DNA of 64,000 bases from Tetramitus jugosus (lineage: Eukaryota > Protista > Heterolobosea), in NCBI GenBank assembly GCA_937625935.1, contig OW569344.1, forward strand, positions 434,001 through 498,000. Direction: 5' to 3'. The position numbers were made by a program, and so were the translations under genes. The notes under the pieces are model-generated. The model saw only the letters and a list, made by a program, of their open reading frames with translations, was not told the origin of the DNA and ran no database searches. This document shows positions 19,554-28,382 of this stretch, one piece after another; position 1 is the first letter of the stretch, and every line of letters starts with the position of its first letter.

Positions 19554-21507
19554 ATGATGAAAAAGTTACCAATCTTATCTAGGAGTTCATCTGCTTCGAG
19601 TATAAAAACTGTGGGAATAGATAGTCTGGAGGAGCAAACAATTCTATTGAAGGTGTTTCCGGTGGAAGAATTGCACTCAACATTAAAATCTGACGATGTA
19701 TGTGTTATCTGTTTGGCATTACATGATTCTTTTCACCTCTAATCACTGGTGTCTATTGTTTTCTTTCTAGTGGCAGAGTAAACAAAGAGTGTTGATGATC
19801 ATAGAGAAGTGGTTGAAGAACAGTATGGACCTACCAAAGGGGTTTATGATGTTTAGTAGTGTTCAACTCCCGATCGAAAAATATCATGTATTGGTAGCTG
19901 TTTGTATCATAGTTAGGAATATGATTGATGATATGGATGCTCGGGTAGTGGATCAAGCATTGAAGCTTGCTCACTCTTTACTTGGTAGGTTGATTTTACT
20001 TATGTTCGAACGCTACATGAATTAGTTTGACTCACTTGGAATTCTTACAGAATCTGCAGCTATACAAGTACAGAAGAGAGACGAACTGTTCAACGGGTTG
20101 ATGATCATTACACCCAAACTCTTATCTTATGTCAGCGATGTGGTTGTGAGAGACAAGGTCATCGATCTCCTTGTCGATTGTTCAAGGTTAAAGCACTTTC
20201 CTTTTTATATGATAGTTTCTTACTTGAGTGCTGATAGTTTAGAGTTACTATGTAATGAAACTTTTATAGGTAAATTGACTCTGCTTAAGTGCCTCTTTCG
20301 TTCAAAATCAGTCAAGTTCCTGCCGGGCGCAATAGATTTCATCAAATTGATGGATCTGTTAAATGGAGGACTAAAGAATCAGGATCAATCGATAAGAAAT
20401 ACAGCCATAGAAACTTGTATACCTATTTATCAGCATATCGGCGATGAGTTGTATGAATACTTAGAGGACTTAATCCCATCTACCGAACAATTACTCCACT
20501 CAACACTTATGTTGCATACAAGACCGTCCAGTCCCAAAAGTGAGGAAGAGAATACAATCGCGCCTTCAGAAGATCTGGAGTTCGAGTCAGGAGTACTATC
20601 GAGAGAACTCATTGAAAAGGTATCCAAGAAGAATGCTCAAGTACAACCAGATACCAATAGAATGAAGAAATATTTTTCCAAGCTGACGCATTTAGCTCTC
20701 GATGAGTGCAACATTGATAGGATTATAAATCTACACTATTGTACATCACTCAGAGTACTGTACCTCTACAAGAATAAGATTGAGAGAATAGAAGGAATCT
20801 ATTCTTCTCACCTAATTCATCTCTATCTCCAGAATAATGTTATCAGAAAGATCGAAGGGTTGGAGAGGTTAGTTAATTTACAAAAGTTGTTCTTGGATAA
20901 CAATTGTATCGAATGTATCGAAGGTCTGGAGTCTCTCAGCCAACTAGAAGAGCTTCATGTCTCCAACCAAAAACTAGAGGAGGGCAAGAGGATGATGTTT
21001 GAGGATAATTCAATGAAGGGAATCTCTAAGTCACTTACAACCTTGAACGCATCGAACAGTAATATTGAAGAAGTGTCCTCTCTCGGATATCTAGCTTCGC
21101 TTCGAACACTAAATCTCTCCAAAAACCGAATTTCGAGCTTAGATGGTGTGAAATTAGTATTATCCGGGAACTATAAACTTCAGGACATCGATCTATCTGG
21201 GAACCCAGTAGTCAAGATCGCTAAATACAGAGATAGAGTAGTAATGTCAGCAAGTCCTTCACTGGAGATTCTGGACCGGTCCAAGATTACCAACAATGAG
21301 AGAATTTACCTTCGTAATTTGGATATGAGAAAGAAGAAGGCCAAATCATCCCCTGCACACTCTTCTTCTAAAGAATTCGATTCAAGAGATCCAAGTTTCT
21401 TGACTGTGTCTAGACCTTCCAGATTCAATGGACCTCGATCGATTGGTTCAGGATTCCAAAGAGAAAAAGACAACAGGACCTACAATATGATAAACTTGGA
21501 TCAATAA
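19554..21507 (+). CDS. PPP1R42/LRRC67-like SDS22-type LRR protein with N-terminal TOG/HEAT-like domain; 3 exons
   Basis: Introns 19698-19770 and 19985-20050; LRRs LRVLYLYKNKI, LIHLYLQNN, LEELHVSNQKL..F...S...ISKSL, YRDRVV LRR cap; N-terminal DDWQSKQ..L HEAT-type helices. Confidence 0.82.
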
Positions 21508-21563
21508 CTACAAATAATACGCATTGACAACAGAATACAGCATTATTTATATTATCATACTTT

Positions 21564-23177
21564 TTACAAGTTCCTCTTTTGTTCAAGGTTTTCTAGCATA
21601 TTAGTCTTACGCAGATGAGCACGAAAATCGACAACCTTTTCTTCAACAGGCGCAGCCACAGGCTTTCTAATCGGTGTTCCCCTTGGTGTAGTTGGAGGAA
21701 TTGGATTACCGTCTTGGTCAACTCCTCTGTCCACAATAATTCTTCCCATTGACATCTTCTTCACGAACGGATTTTCGGAAACCTTTGGTGTAGACGTCGT
21801 TTCAATACTACCTCTGCCTTCGTAACTACGTGGACTGACCATGGGACTCGATAGGTCACTACTAGAAGAGGCAGTATCGGTTTGCACTGATTTCTCCTCC
21901 TTCACAGCACTATTGTTGCTCTTGGTACTGTGTTCGTCATCCACTGGTGAGACATCAGGCAATGGAGATGTAGACGTTGCTGCTCCTGTAACCGCTATGG
22001 TTGGTGTGTTTCGTTCCTGTGCCTCCAATAATGCAGTTCTCTGCTGCTCCACTTCGGACTCCAAAACTGAAATTTGTTGTTCCAATTCGCTAATTACACT
22101 CTTTGACTGCACAACCATTTGTTCCTGTTCTTGCGCCAACTGCTCTTGCTGCTGCACCAATTGATCCTTTTGTTGCACCAGTTGCACCTGTTGTTGCAAT
22201 TGTTGTTCCCACTGTGCTCTGCTCGTCTCCATCTCTTGTCTCTGCTCTTCTAGCAATTGTTCGTTTTGTTCGCATTTTTCCTTTAGTGATGCCAAGCTCT
22301 CCTCCAACTGCTTCACCTGCTCCTGATATTCTCTCTCTCTGAGAGACACTGTCGACTCATACTGCTCTGCCAACTGCTTCTGCTGAAGGAACTGTTCATT
22401 GACTTGCGGCAAATATTGTTGAATTTTTTGGCGCTCCGATTCGTAGGCAAGCAATTGTTCCGACTGTTGCGCAATCAATTGCTCCGCCTTTTCTAATTTC
22501 TTCTCCAAGAGTTGTGCTTGGAGCAATTGTTGCTTCTTGTCTGATAGCTCACTCTTGAGTGTGTCCATTTCTGACCGATCAACAAACGATATGACACTGT
22601 GAACGGTGACTGGTGAACTAGCACCACCACTGCTACTACCATTTGCCTGTGGTTGTGTTGTGGTGTTAGAGCTATTGTTACTGTTAGTGTTGTTAGTGCT
22701 GTTATTATTGTTCGTTCCATTGTACAAGTGATTGGCAGAAGAGTCATCCACTCTTTTTCTGTGCTGTTTCAACGATTCGACCACATTGTTGTTCATGACA
22801 ATCTCAAATCCGTTCAATAAGTCGCCCAGGAACCACACATTGCCCACAATAATCCTTGTTCGTAAATTGGCCTCCACAGAAAACTGTACTCCCTTGCCGT
22901 GTAATACTCCGTTTTGGAACTCTCCAACAATGACCCTGTCGGACTCTTGGTACCAGCCTTGACCGGTCATGTTGTCATTGACGAATCGGCCTTCGTACGT
23001 ACGATTGTCCTTGGTCCATGTGTAGACACCGTGCCCGTTCATCATGTCGTCGCTCCACTGCCCTTCATAGACTCTGTGATCGGGCCATTCGTGAACACCG
23101 TAGCCATGACGCTTGTTGCTCTTGAAATCACCTTGGTAGACTTCTCCGTTCTTGTACTTTTTTTGCTTCACGCCCAT
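21564..23177 (-). CDS. MORN-repeat protein with long coiled coil and C-terminal DFRxxL motif
   Basis: Repeats YQGDF/YEGQW/YEGRF..HG.G; Q/E-rich coiled coil; ends VVDFRAHLRKT. Confidence 0.85.
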   Translation of the reverse strand: MGVKQKKYKNGEVYQGDFKSNKRHGYGVHEWPDHRVYEGQWSDDMMNGHGVYTWTKDNRTYEGRFVNDNMTGQGWYQESDRVIVGEFQNGVLHGKGVQFSVEANLRTRIIVGNVWFLGDLLNGFEIVMNNNVVESLKQHRKRVDDSSANHLYNGTNNNNSTNNTNSNNSSNTTTQPQANGSSSGGASSPVTVHSVISFVDRSEMDTLKSELSDKKQQLLQAQLLEKKLEKAEQLIAQQSEQLLAYESERQKIQQYLPQVNEQFLQQKQLAEQYESTVSLREREYQEQVKQLEESLASLKEKCEQNEQLLEEQRQEMETSRAQWEQQLQQQVQLVQQKDQLVQQQEQLAQEQEQMVVQSKSVISELEQQISVLESEVEQQRTALLEAQERNTPTIAVTGAATSTSPLPDVSPVDDEHSTKSNNSAVKEEKSVQTDTASSSSDLSSPMVSPRSYEGRGSIETTSTPKVSENPFVKKMSMGRIIVDRGVDQDGNPIPPTTPRGTPIRKPVAAPVEEKVVDFRAHLRKTNMLENLEQKRNL

Positions 23178-23401
23178 ACGTTGTTGCCGTTGCTGTTGTT
23201 GTTTCTATTTGTTGTTGTTGTTATTGTCGTTGTTTTTTTTTTTCGTTATGGTGGTGTGTGAGTGGCAGAATTAAGGGTCGTGCTTTTGTGACATTGGGAG
23301 TTGAGCGCCCATTTTTGACGGATGACAGGTTATTAACATTTATTTCTCCTCCAAGAGTCGGGAAATCTTGGGTGTTTCTGAATCTGGGTGGTTCACAAGG
23401 G

Positions 23402-26400
23402 TCAGATACCTGGCAGCGGCTGATCATTCGGAACTGGCACAATGGTTTGCTGCTCTTCCTGTTTCACTTCAATGGTTGGACTGAAGGACACACCAGGTAA
23501 AACAGGAAAGTGAACCGTGTAGTGAATGGCATCGATTTTGTCTTCTGGGAACAACTCCTTGGTTGAGTGCATCGATACGCACTTGTGACAGAAGTTCGAT
23601 CCTCTGGCTGAAAAAGTTACACCCACGACTGTGTTGTGGCACTTGTCACAAATGAGATGGTACTCAATGATTTCAGTGTCGTTTGGCGGTGTACAGTTTC
23701 CACAATAGAATTGGTTTCTGTGTTCTGCGCTCTGGCGAAGTGCTGTCTTAGGGGGAATAGTTGCGCGGCATGTGTGGCAGCATGAGAGACTATTCCGGAG
23801 CGTTTTGCTGCTTTTAGGTGTTTGAAGTTTGCTCAAATCATTCCTTGAGCTTCCTATCTTAGACTTCTTAGAGGCAGTTTCAAATTCACTCTTCACTGAA
23901 ATGTCAGCTTTCCGCTTTACTCCCGCCTGGCTCAGAATTCCAGGGGTTTTGGTGTCAGAGATTGAAAACTTGTGGCCTTCTTTGCTGTCTAGTAAACATT
24001 TAGCTACATAAGGGACATCTATTTGCTTGAGTTGCCTTGAGACTGCAAGATCGTAATCTTCAACAGTCAAACCTCGATTCTGCAGACAGGGAGCACAATT
24101 GCATATGTTATCACATTTGGGACACTTAAATCCAGCTTTGAGTCGCATTTTCGCGTGTATAGGTACCGCATATCGATCATGTAAACATTGCTCACAATAC
24201 CACAAGTCACATGAGCAACACTTAATTGTGTGAGCCACTTGATGTTGCTTCTTGCATTGATGGCAATATGAATTCTCATTCAGATTATGTTTTTGTTTCA
24301 GTAGTACTGCTGCCGTTGAAACTGACACTTTGTCGTCCGAGTTATTCTGGGAGAGTTGGGTGTCAAGTTCAGATTCTACTAGATTTGTTTCCAGACCAGA
24401 TAATTTTACTTTCCCTGTGATGTACTTCTCCTTTGCGATATCAATTGTTTGTTTGATATCACTCATTGGAATATGTTGACAGAGTTGCATTGATGCCAAA
24501 TGAGAACAGCCTCTCCCACTAGCATAGCAGTCCAAACAACAATCCACTCCATCTTCAGTGGTGTCCTTACAGAGATCACAGTGATACCATCGATTCCAAA
24601 TGTCGCAAGCACACACATTGCAAACTCGAGTGTGACTTCCCTCCTTATCGTTTATATACTTTACTGCGTGAATTTTTGGATCATAAACCGCATTGTCAAT
24701 CCAATCTTGATTGTACATATCGGCTACTACTTTCAACAACATTAGAATCTCATCTAGAGATTGCTGAGTGATGCTTAACTCTCCTTTTTCTAAAGCTTCT
24801 ATTCTATTCTTCAGTGTATAATATGCAACAGCTTTGATCCGATAAATTTGAGCCTTTCCAAACGCTCTATAATCCTCCAAACAACGGTACGAGTCTCCAA
24901 TTGATTTGCATGATAATGTATTCCATGCAACCTTTGCTGTTCTTCCATTTTCATTTGCGACTTGATGAGGCGCTAGTGGAGGCAGCAACACTAAATCTCC
25001 AACTCTCTGTTCAACGAGAATGGTGGTGAGGTTTGATTCACTAAGCACCTTTAGTGGTATGAAAAAGTTATCTGCTTCCATCCAACCATTGTGTTCCTTC
25101 CAAAACTGTTTAATTTCGCTGAGTTGATTTGGTTTAAATATACACCACATTGAATATGCTTCTGTTGATGGAATCTCATCGCTTTGCTTATAAAAGCCTC
25201 GATTTTTCATCTCATTGATCCTAGCGTCTAACTCTTCACTTGAGAGTGTGGCCGCTCTCTTGATTGTTCCAGTATCTTTACCATCGGCACACACCATCAA
25301 GTTATGTCCCAGTGAGCCACAAAGATCTTGATGACACGGCGTAAATGTACCGTGATCACCAATGTACACCATCAATGATATTGCTCGCATCTCTACTGGC
25401 AGTTCAGCCAATAGATCACCCTTTCCCTTGTACACAAATCGCGGCAGTAATGCCTGATTTTCAAAAACAAAGCGTTTCCACTCATCGGGACATGGAATAT
25501 CCTTTCCATATAAATTCTTCTTGACTCGACTCGATTTCGGTGTGTCCAAATATTTCATATAGTCGTTGAGACTCATATCATCTGCATCTGAAAACGTATC
25601 ATTGTCTCTCGGTTTGTGATAAATGTCCTTGACTGCATCCGTCCGTAAATAATCAAACGAAAAATGAGAAACAACATCTCTCGCCACTTGTTCTCTTTCC
25701 TCCTTACTCTTAGTATCGGATAACCATTTTTTAACAAAGACATCAAGCACATTGGACAAGACAAGTGGTTCCTTTTTCACAAACATGTACTCATCAATCA
25801 TCTCGCTCGTTACATTACAATAGTCCACTCTGTCCACCAGTGAAAATACGTTTGGGTATTGATTGACCCAGTAAGAAGCAGGCTTATTGCCACATATGCT
25901 GTCCATAAATGATGCCTGTGGATGAGTGACCTTGAGTGACTCTTGATTCTGCAAAGTGGGTCGAACGACGCGATAACACCGATCACACACTAGATTGCCT
26001 GCAACGATCGAAGCTCTACAATTTGGAATCTGAGTCTTATAGATCTCAATCTGATGTTGCTTCATTTTCTTCTTCAATTGAAATGTTGTTCTCTGGGAGT
26101 TGCGTCCACAAACGGCACAGGATGACGCGCTGTCCACTGTCGTATTGTTTGTGTCGTTGATTGGATTGCCATTTGATGGTGCACCAGTTGGAATCTGATG
26201 ATTGCCTGTTGTGATGCTGTTTTGCTTTGATGAAGATGGTGAAAATTGTATTTTTGTTGTTGTGCCGTTTGGACTCATTGATGATGACGGTGATGATGCG
26301 TGATTTGCACTCGTGTTATTGTTTCTATTGTTGTTTGGAGAGTGATTTCTAGTACTCGTACTGGTCGTTGTATTGTTATTATTACTATTCACATGATGAT

Positions 26401-26617
26401 TGCTGTTAGCAGTGCTTTTGGGAGGTGAAGTTTTTTTGACCTTCTTTGTGCACAGAGACTGAAGAGAACGCTTCATATTCTTTCGTGCTATGGCGTTGTA
26501 CTTGTTGTTTAATGGTGGGCGTTCTTGAAGGTGTGGTTGTGATTGTTGGTGTTGGTCGAACGGAGGATCGTAGAAGCTTTGGTTGATCCTTGTTTCTGGT
26601 GCAGTGCTCTGTGTCAT
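23402..26617 (-). CDS. JmjC-domain protein (KDM3-like) with several zinc fingers incl. zf-4CXXC_R1
   Basis: LYGKDIPCP, FTPCHQD and PPLAPHQVAN (H-D-H iron ligands), CNVC.CDIWN..HC, CHQCKK..C..CL..RY..CPKC..ICNC..C; first ATG 26617. Confidence 0.88.
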   Translation of the reverse strand: MTQSTAPETRINQSFYDPPFDQHQQSQPHLQERPPLNNKYNAIARKNMKRSLQSLCTKKVKKTSPPKSTANSNHHVNSNNNNTTTSTSTRNHSPNNNRNNNTSANHASSPSSSMSPNGTTTKIQFSPSSSKQNSITTGNHQIPTGAPSNGNPINDTNNTTVDSASSCAVCGRNSQRTTFQLKKKMKQHQIEIYKTQIPNCRASIVAGNLVCDRCYRVVRPTLQNQESLKVTHPQASFMDSICGNKPASYWVNQYPNVFSLVDRVDYCNVTSEMIDEYMFVKKEPLVLSNVLDVFVKKWLSDTKSKEEREQVARDVVSHFSFDYLRTDAVKDIYHKPRDNDTFSDADDMSLNDYMKYLDTPKSSRVKKNLYGKDIPCPDEWKRFVFENQALLPRFVYKGKGDLLAELPVEMRAISLMVYIGDHGTFTPCHQDLCGSLGHNLMVCADGKDTGTIKRAATLSSEELDARINEMKNRGFYKQSDEIPSTEAYSMWCIFKPNQLSEIKQFWKEHNGWMEADNFFIPLKVLSESNLTTILVEQRVGDLVLLPPLAPHQVANENGRTAKVAWNTLSCKSIGDSYRCLEDYRAFGKAQIYRIKAVAYYTLKNRIEALEKGELSITQQSLDEILMLLKVVADMYNQDWIDNAVYDPKIHAVKYINDKEGSHTRVCNVCACDIWNRWYHCDLCKDTTEDGVDCCLDCYASGRGCSHLASMQLCQHIPMSDIKQTIDIAKEKYITGKVKLSGLETNLVESELDTQLSQNNSDDKVSVSTAAVLLKQKHNLNENSYCHQCKKQHQVAHTIKCCSCDLWYCEQCLHDRYAVPIHAKMRLKAGFKCPKCDNICNCAPCLQNRGLTVEDYDLAVSRQLKQIDVPYVAKCLLDSKEGHKFSISDTKTPGILSQAGVKRKADISVKSEFETASKKSKIGSSRNDLSKLQTPKSSKTLRNSLSCCHTCRATIPPKTALRQSAEHRNQFYCGNCTPPNDTEIIEYHLICDKCHNTVVGVTFSARGSNFCHKCVSMHSTKELFPEDKIDAIHYTVHFPVLPGVSFSPTIEVKQEEQQTIVPVPNDQPLPGI

Positions 26618-26985
26618 TGAAGCGAGCGGACAAACGGGGAAAAACAATACAAAATTGAAACAGAAGTTGCTTGGGGTGTCACAGTATCGTGGTCGCAAGA
26701 GAGTGCTTCAAGGCTTTTGTTTTGATCACACTAAGATTGATAGTGGTCGAGAGATCAAAGAAGTGACATAAACATCAGTTCCTGCACATTGCTGAAAAAG
26801 GTTCGAATGTTGCCCTTCTTGAAACTCGCAGGTTATTTTTGGGAATTGCATTCTGCCGCCAAAAAAGGTTTACAGTCTTGCGGCTGACGAAATGAAGATC
26901 TTCGCGTATCACAAAAGTCTTTTCAAAAGTGATTAGTTGAGCTATCACACCATAACAAGAAAAAGTAGACAAATACATTTACAAG

Positions 26986-28007
26986 ATGACTGAGCCTTCC
27001 TCAGATGATTTGATGAAAGATTTAATGCAGATTAGAAAGAGGCAAAAAATTCGCTTGTCTATCCATGGTCATGACTTGAATGATTCAAAGCCTGTCTCTT
27101 CCACTGCTTCTTCCTCACCCAGTTCTTCTCTCAAAGATTTGAGTGGTCAACTAAAATGTGGTTAACAATTGTTACACCGATTGATTGTGAATGATCTGTT
27201 GATCCATAGCTAACGATTCCGTTTTGATGTTTTATATTATTAGTGAGTGAGATAGAGCTCAAGGAGCTATTGAAAGACTTTAAGACTGCCTGTGATGGTG
27301 ATGGTTTGTTGGACAAGAAACAATTCTTCTCTATTGCTGACAGTACCTTGTCGAAGCGGTTTGATACGACATCTCTTCCAGCTTTTCATAGAATTTATGA
27401 GGCATTCGACCTTGATGGGTATGGTTTCATTGTGTTGACATTTCATTCAGAGGAAATCACCCTCTAAATCTGATTGTTTCCATTATTCACTTTCAACAGA
27501 AATGGAAAGATTGATTTTGTCGAGTTGGCTACCGGTATGAGTACTCTAATTTACGGAGATGAAAAACAAATTTTGAAGTGTAAGTTTATTGTTGGAGTTA
27601 CTTGATTGACGATGGTAAAGAGCTAACACAGCCTTGTCAACTTGAAATTGCAGTGGTGTTTGGTTTGTTTGATGTGAACGGAGATGGCACAATAGAGATG
27701 GAAGAAATGATTGACTTCTTCAAGAAGTTCTTTGTTGGACAGGCTAAAATGAATGGATATCGAATAACAGCATCACGTTGGAATACTCTCGAGGACCACT
27801 TGAAAAGAATATTCTCAGCCACAGATATTGATAAGAATGGAACAATTGAGTTTGAAGAGTTTATACAGGTATGAGGTTTGTGTTTATTGAGTCTTGTTGA
27901 AGACCAATATGCTAACACTCCGAAAAATGTAGGCTGTCAATGATCCTGATCACCCACTAGGAATGCTCTTCTTCCACTTCAGACAGAGCAGTGGGTTTTC
28001 GGAATAA
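26986..28007 (+). CDS. EF-hand calcium-binding protein (NCS/calcineurin B-like), 5 exons
   Basis: EF loops DGDGLLD, DLDG|NGKIDFVE, DVNGDGTIEMEE, DIDKNGTIEFEE joined across four GT-AG introns; stop TAA 28005-28007; first donor position uncertain. Confidence 0.85.
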
Positions 28008-28045
28008 ATTTGTACAAATAAATGGTTCTTGTGAGTCTTGGTTGA

Positions 28046-28250
28046 TCATGCAGACCTTTCGATGGCTATGGAGGGAGCAACGATGGAACCCCGGGTGTTT
28101 TCCTTCGTGCTCAGTTCTTGTTGAGATGTCTGAGAGGAAAGTAACAAATCAAATATCTCATCTTCATATAATTCTCCAAGGGATAGATGTTGACAGCCAG
28201 ATTCTTCCATTTTTCTTTGTTGATGTCGTTGTATTGCGTTACTTTTTCAC
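28046..28250 (-). pseudogene. Degenerate kinesin motor-domain fragment
   Basis: KWKNLAVNI then frameshift to SLGELYEDEIFDLLLSS..ELSTKENTRGSIVAPSI, resembling kinesin V.VS.LE(I/L)YNE.I.DLL...L.IRE...G.V.V.GL; no P-loop nearby. Confidence 0.5.
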
Positions 28251-28382
28251 TAAGAGATGGAATAGAAAAACAAAAAAAACTTATTTTAACCAAAAAAAGG
28301 TTATGTGATGTCGAAAATACCGTTTGATCGCTCCACCCGGATCAAACGAATCGAAGTGAGCTAGTAATACATTTCGAGAAAC

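Noticed and set aside
26770-26820. GGTTCGAAT resembling a tRNA T-loop
   Set aside because: No T-stem, D-arm or acceptor stem can be formed
28050-28200. Motifs resembling U3 or RNase P/MRP RNA
   Set aside because: Conserved boxes are not in the correct order or orientation; a kinesin-like coding relic explains the segment better
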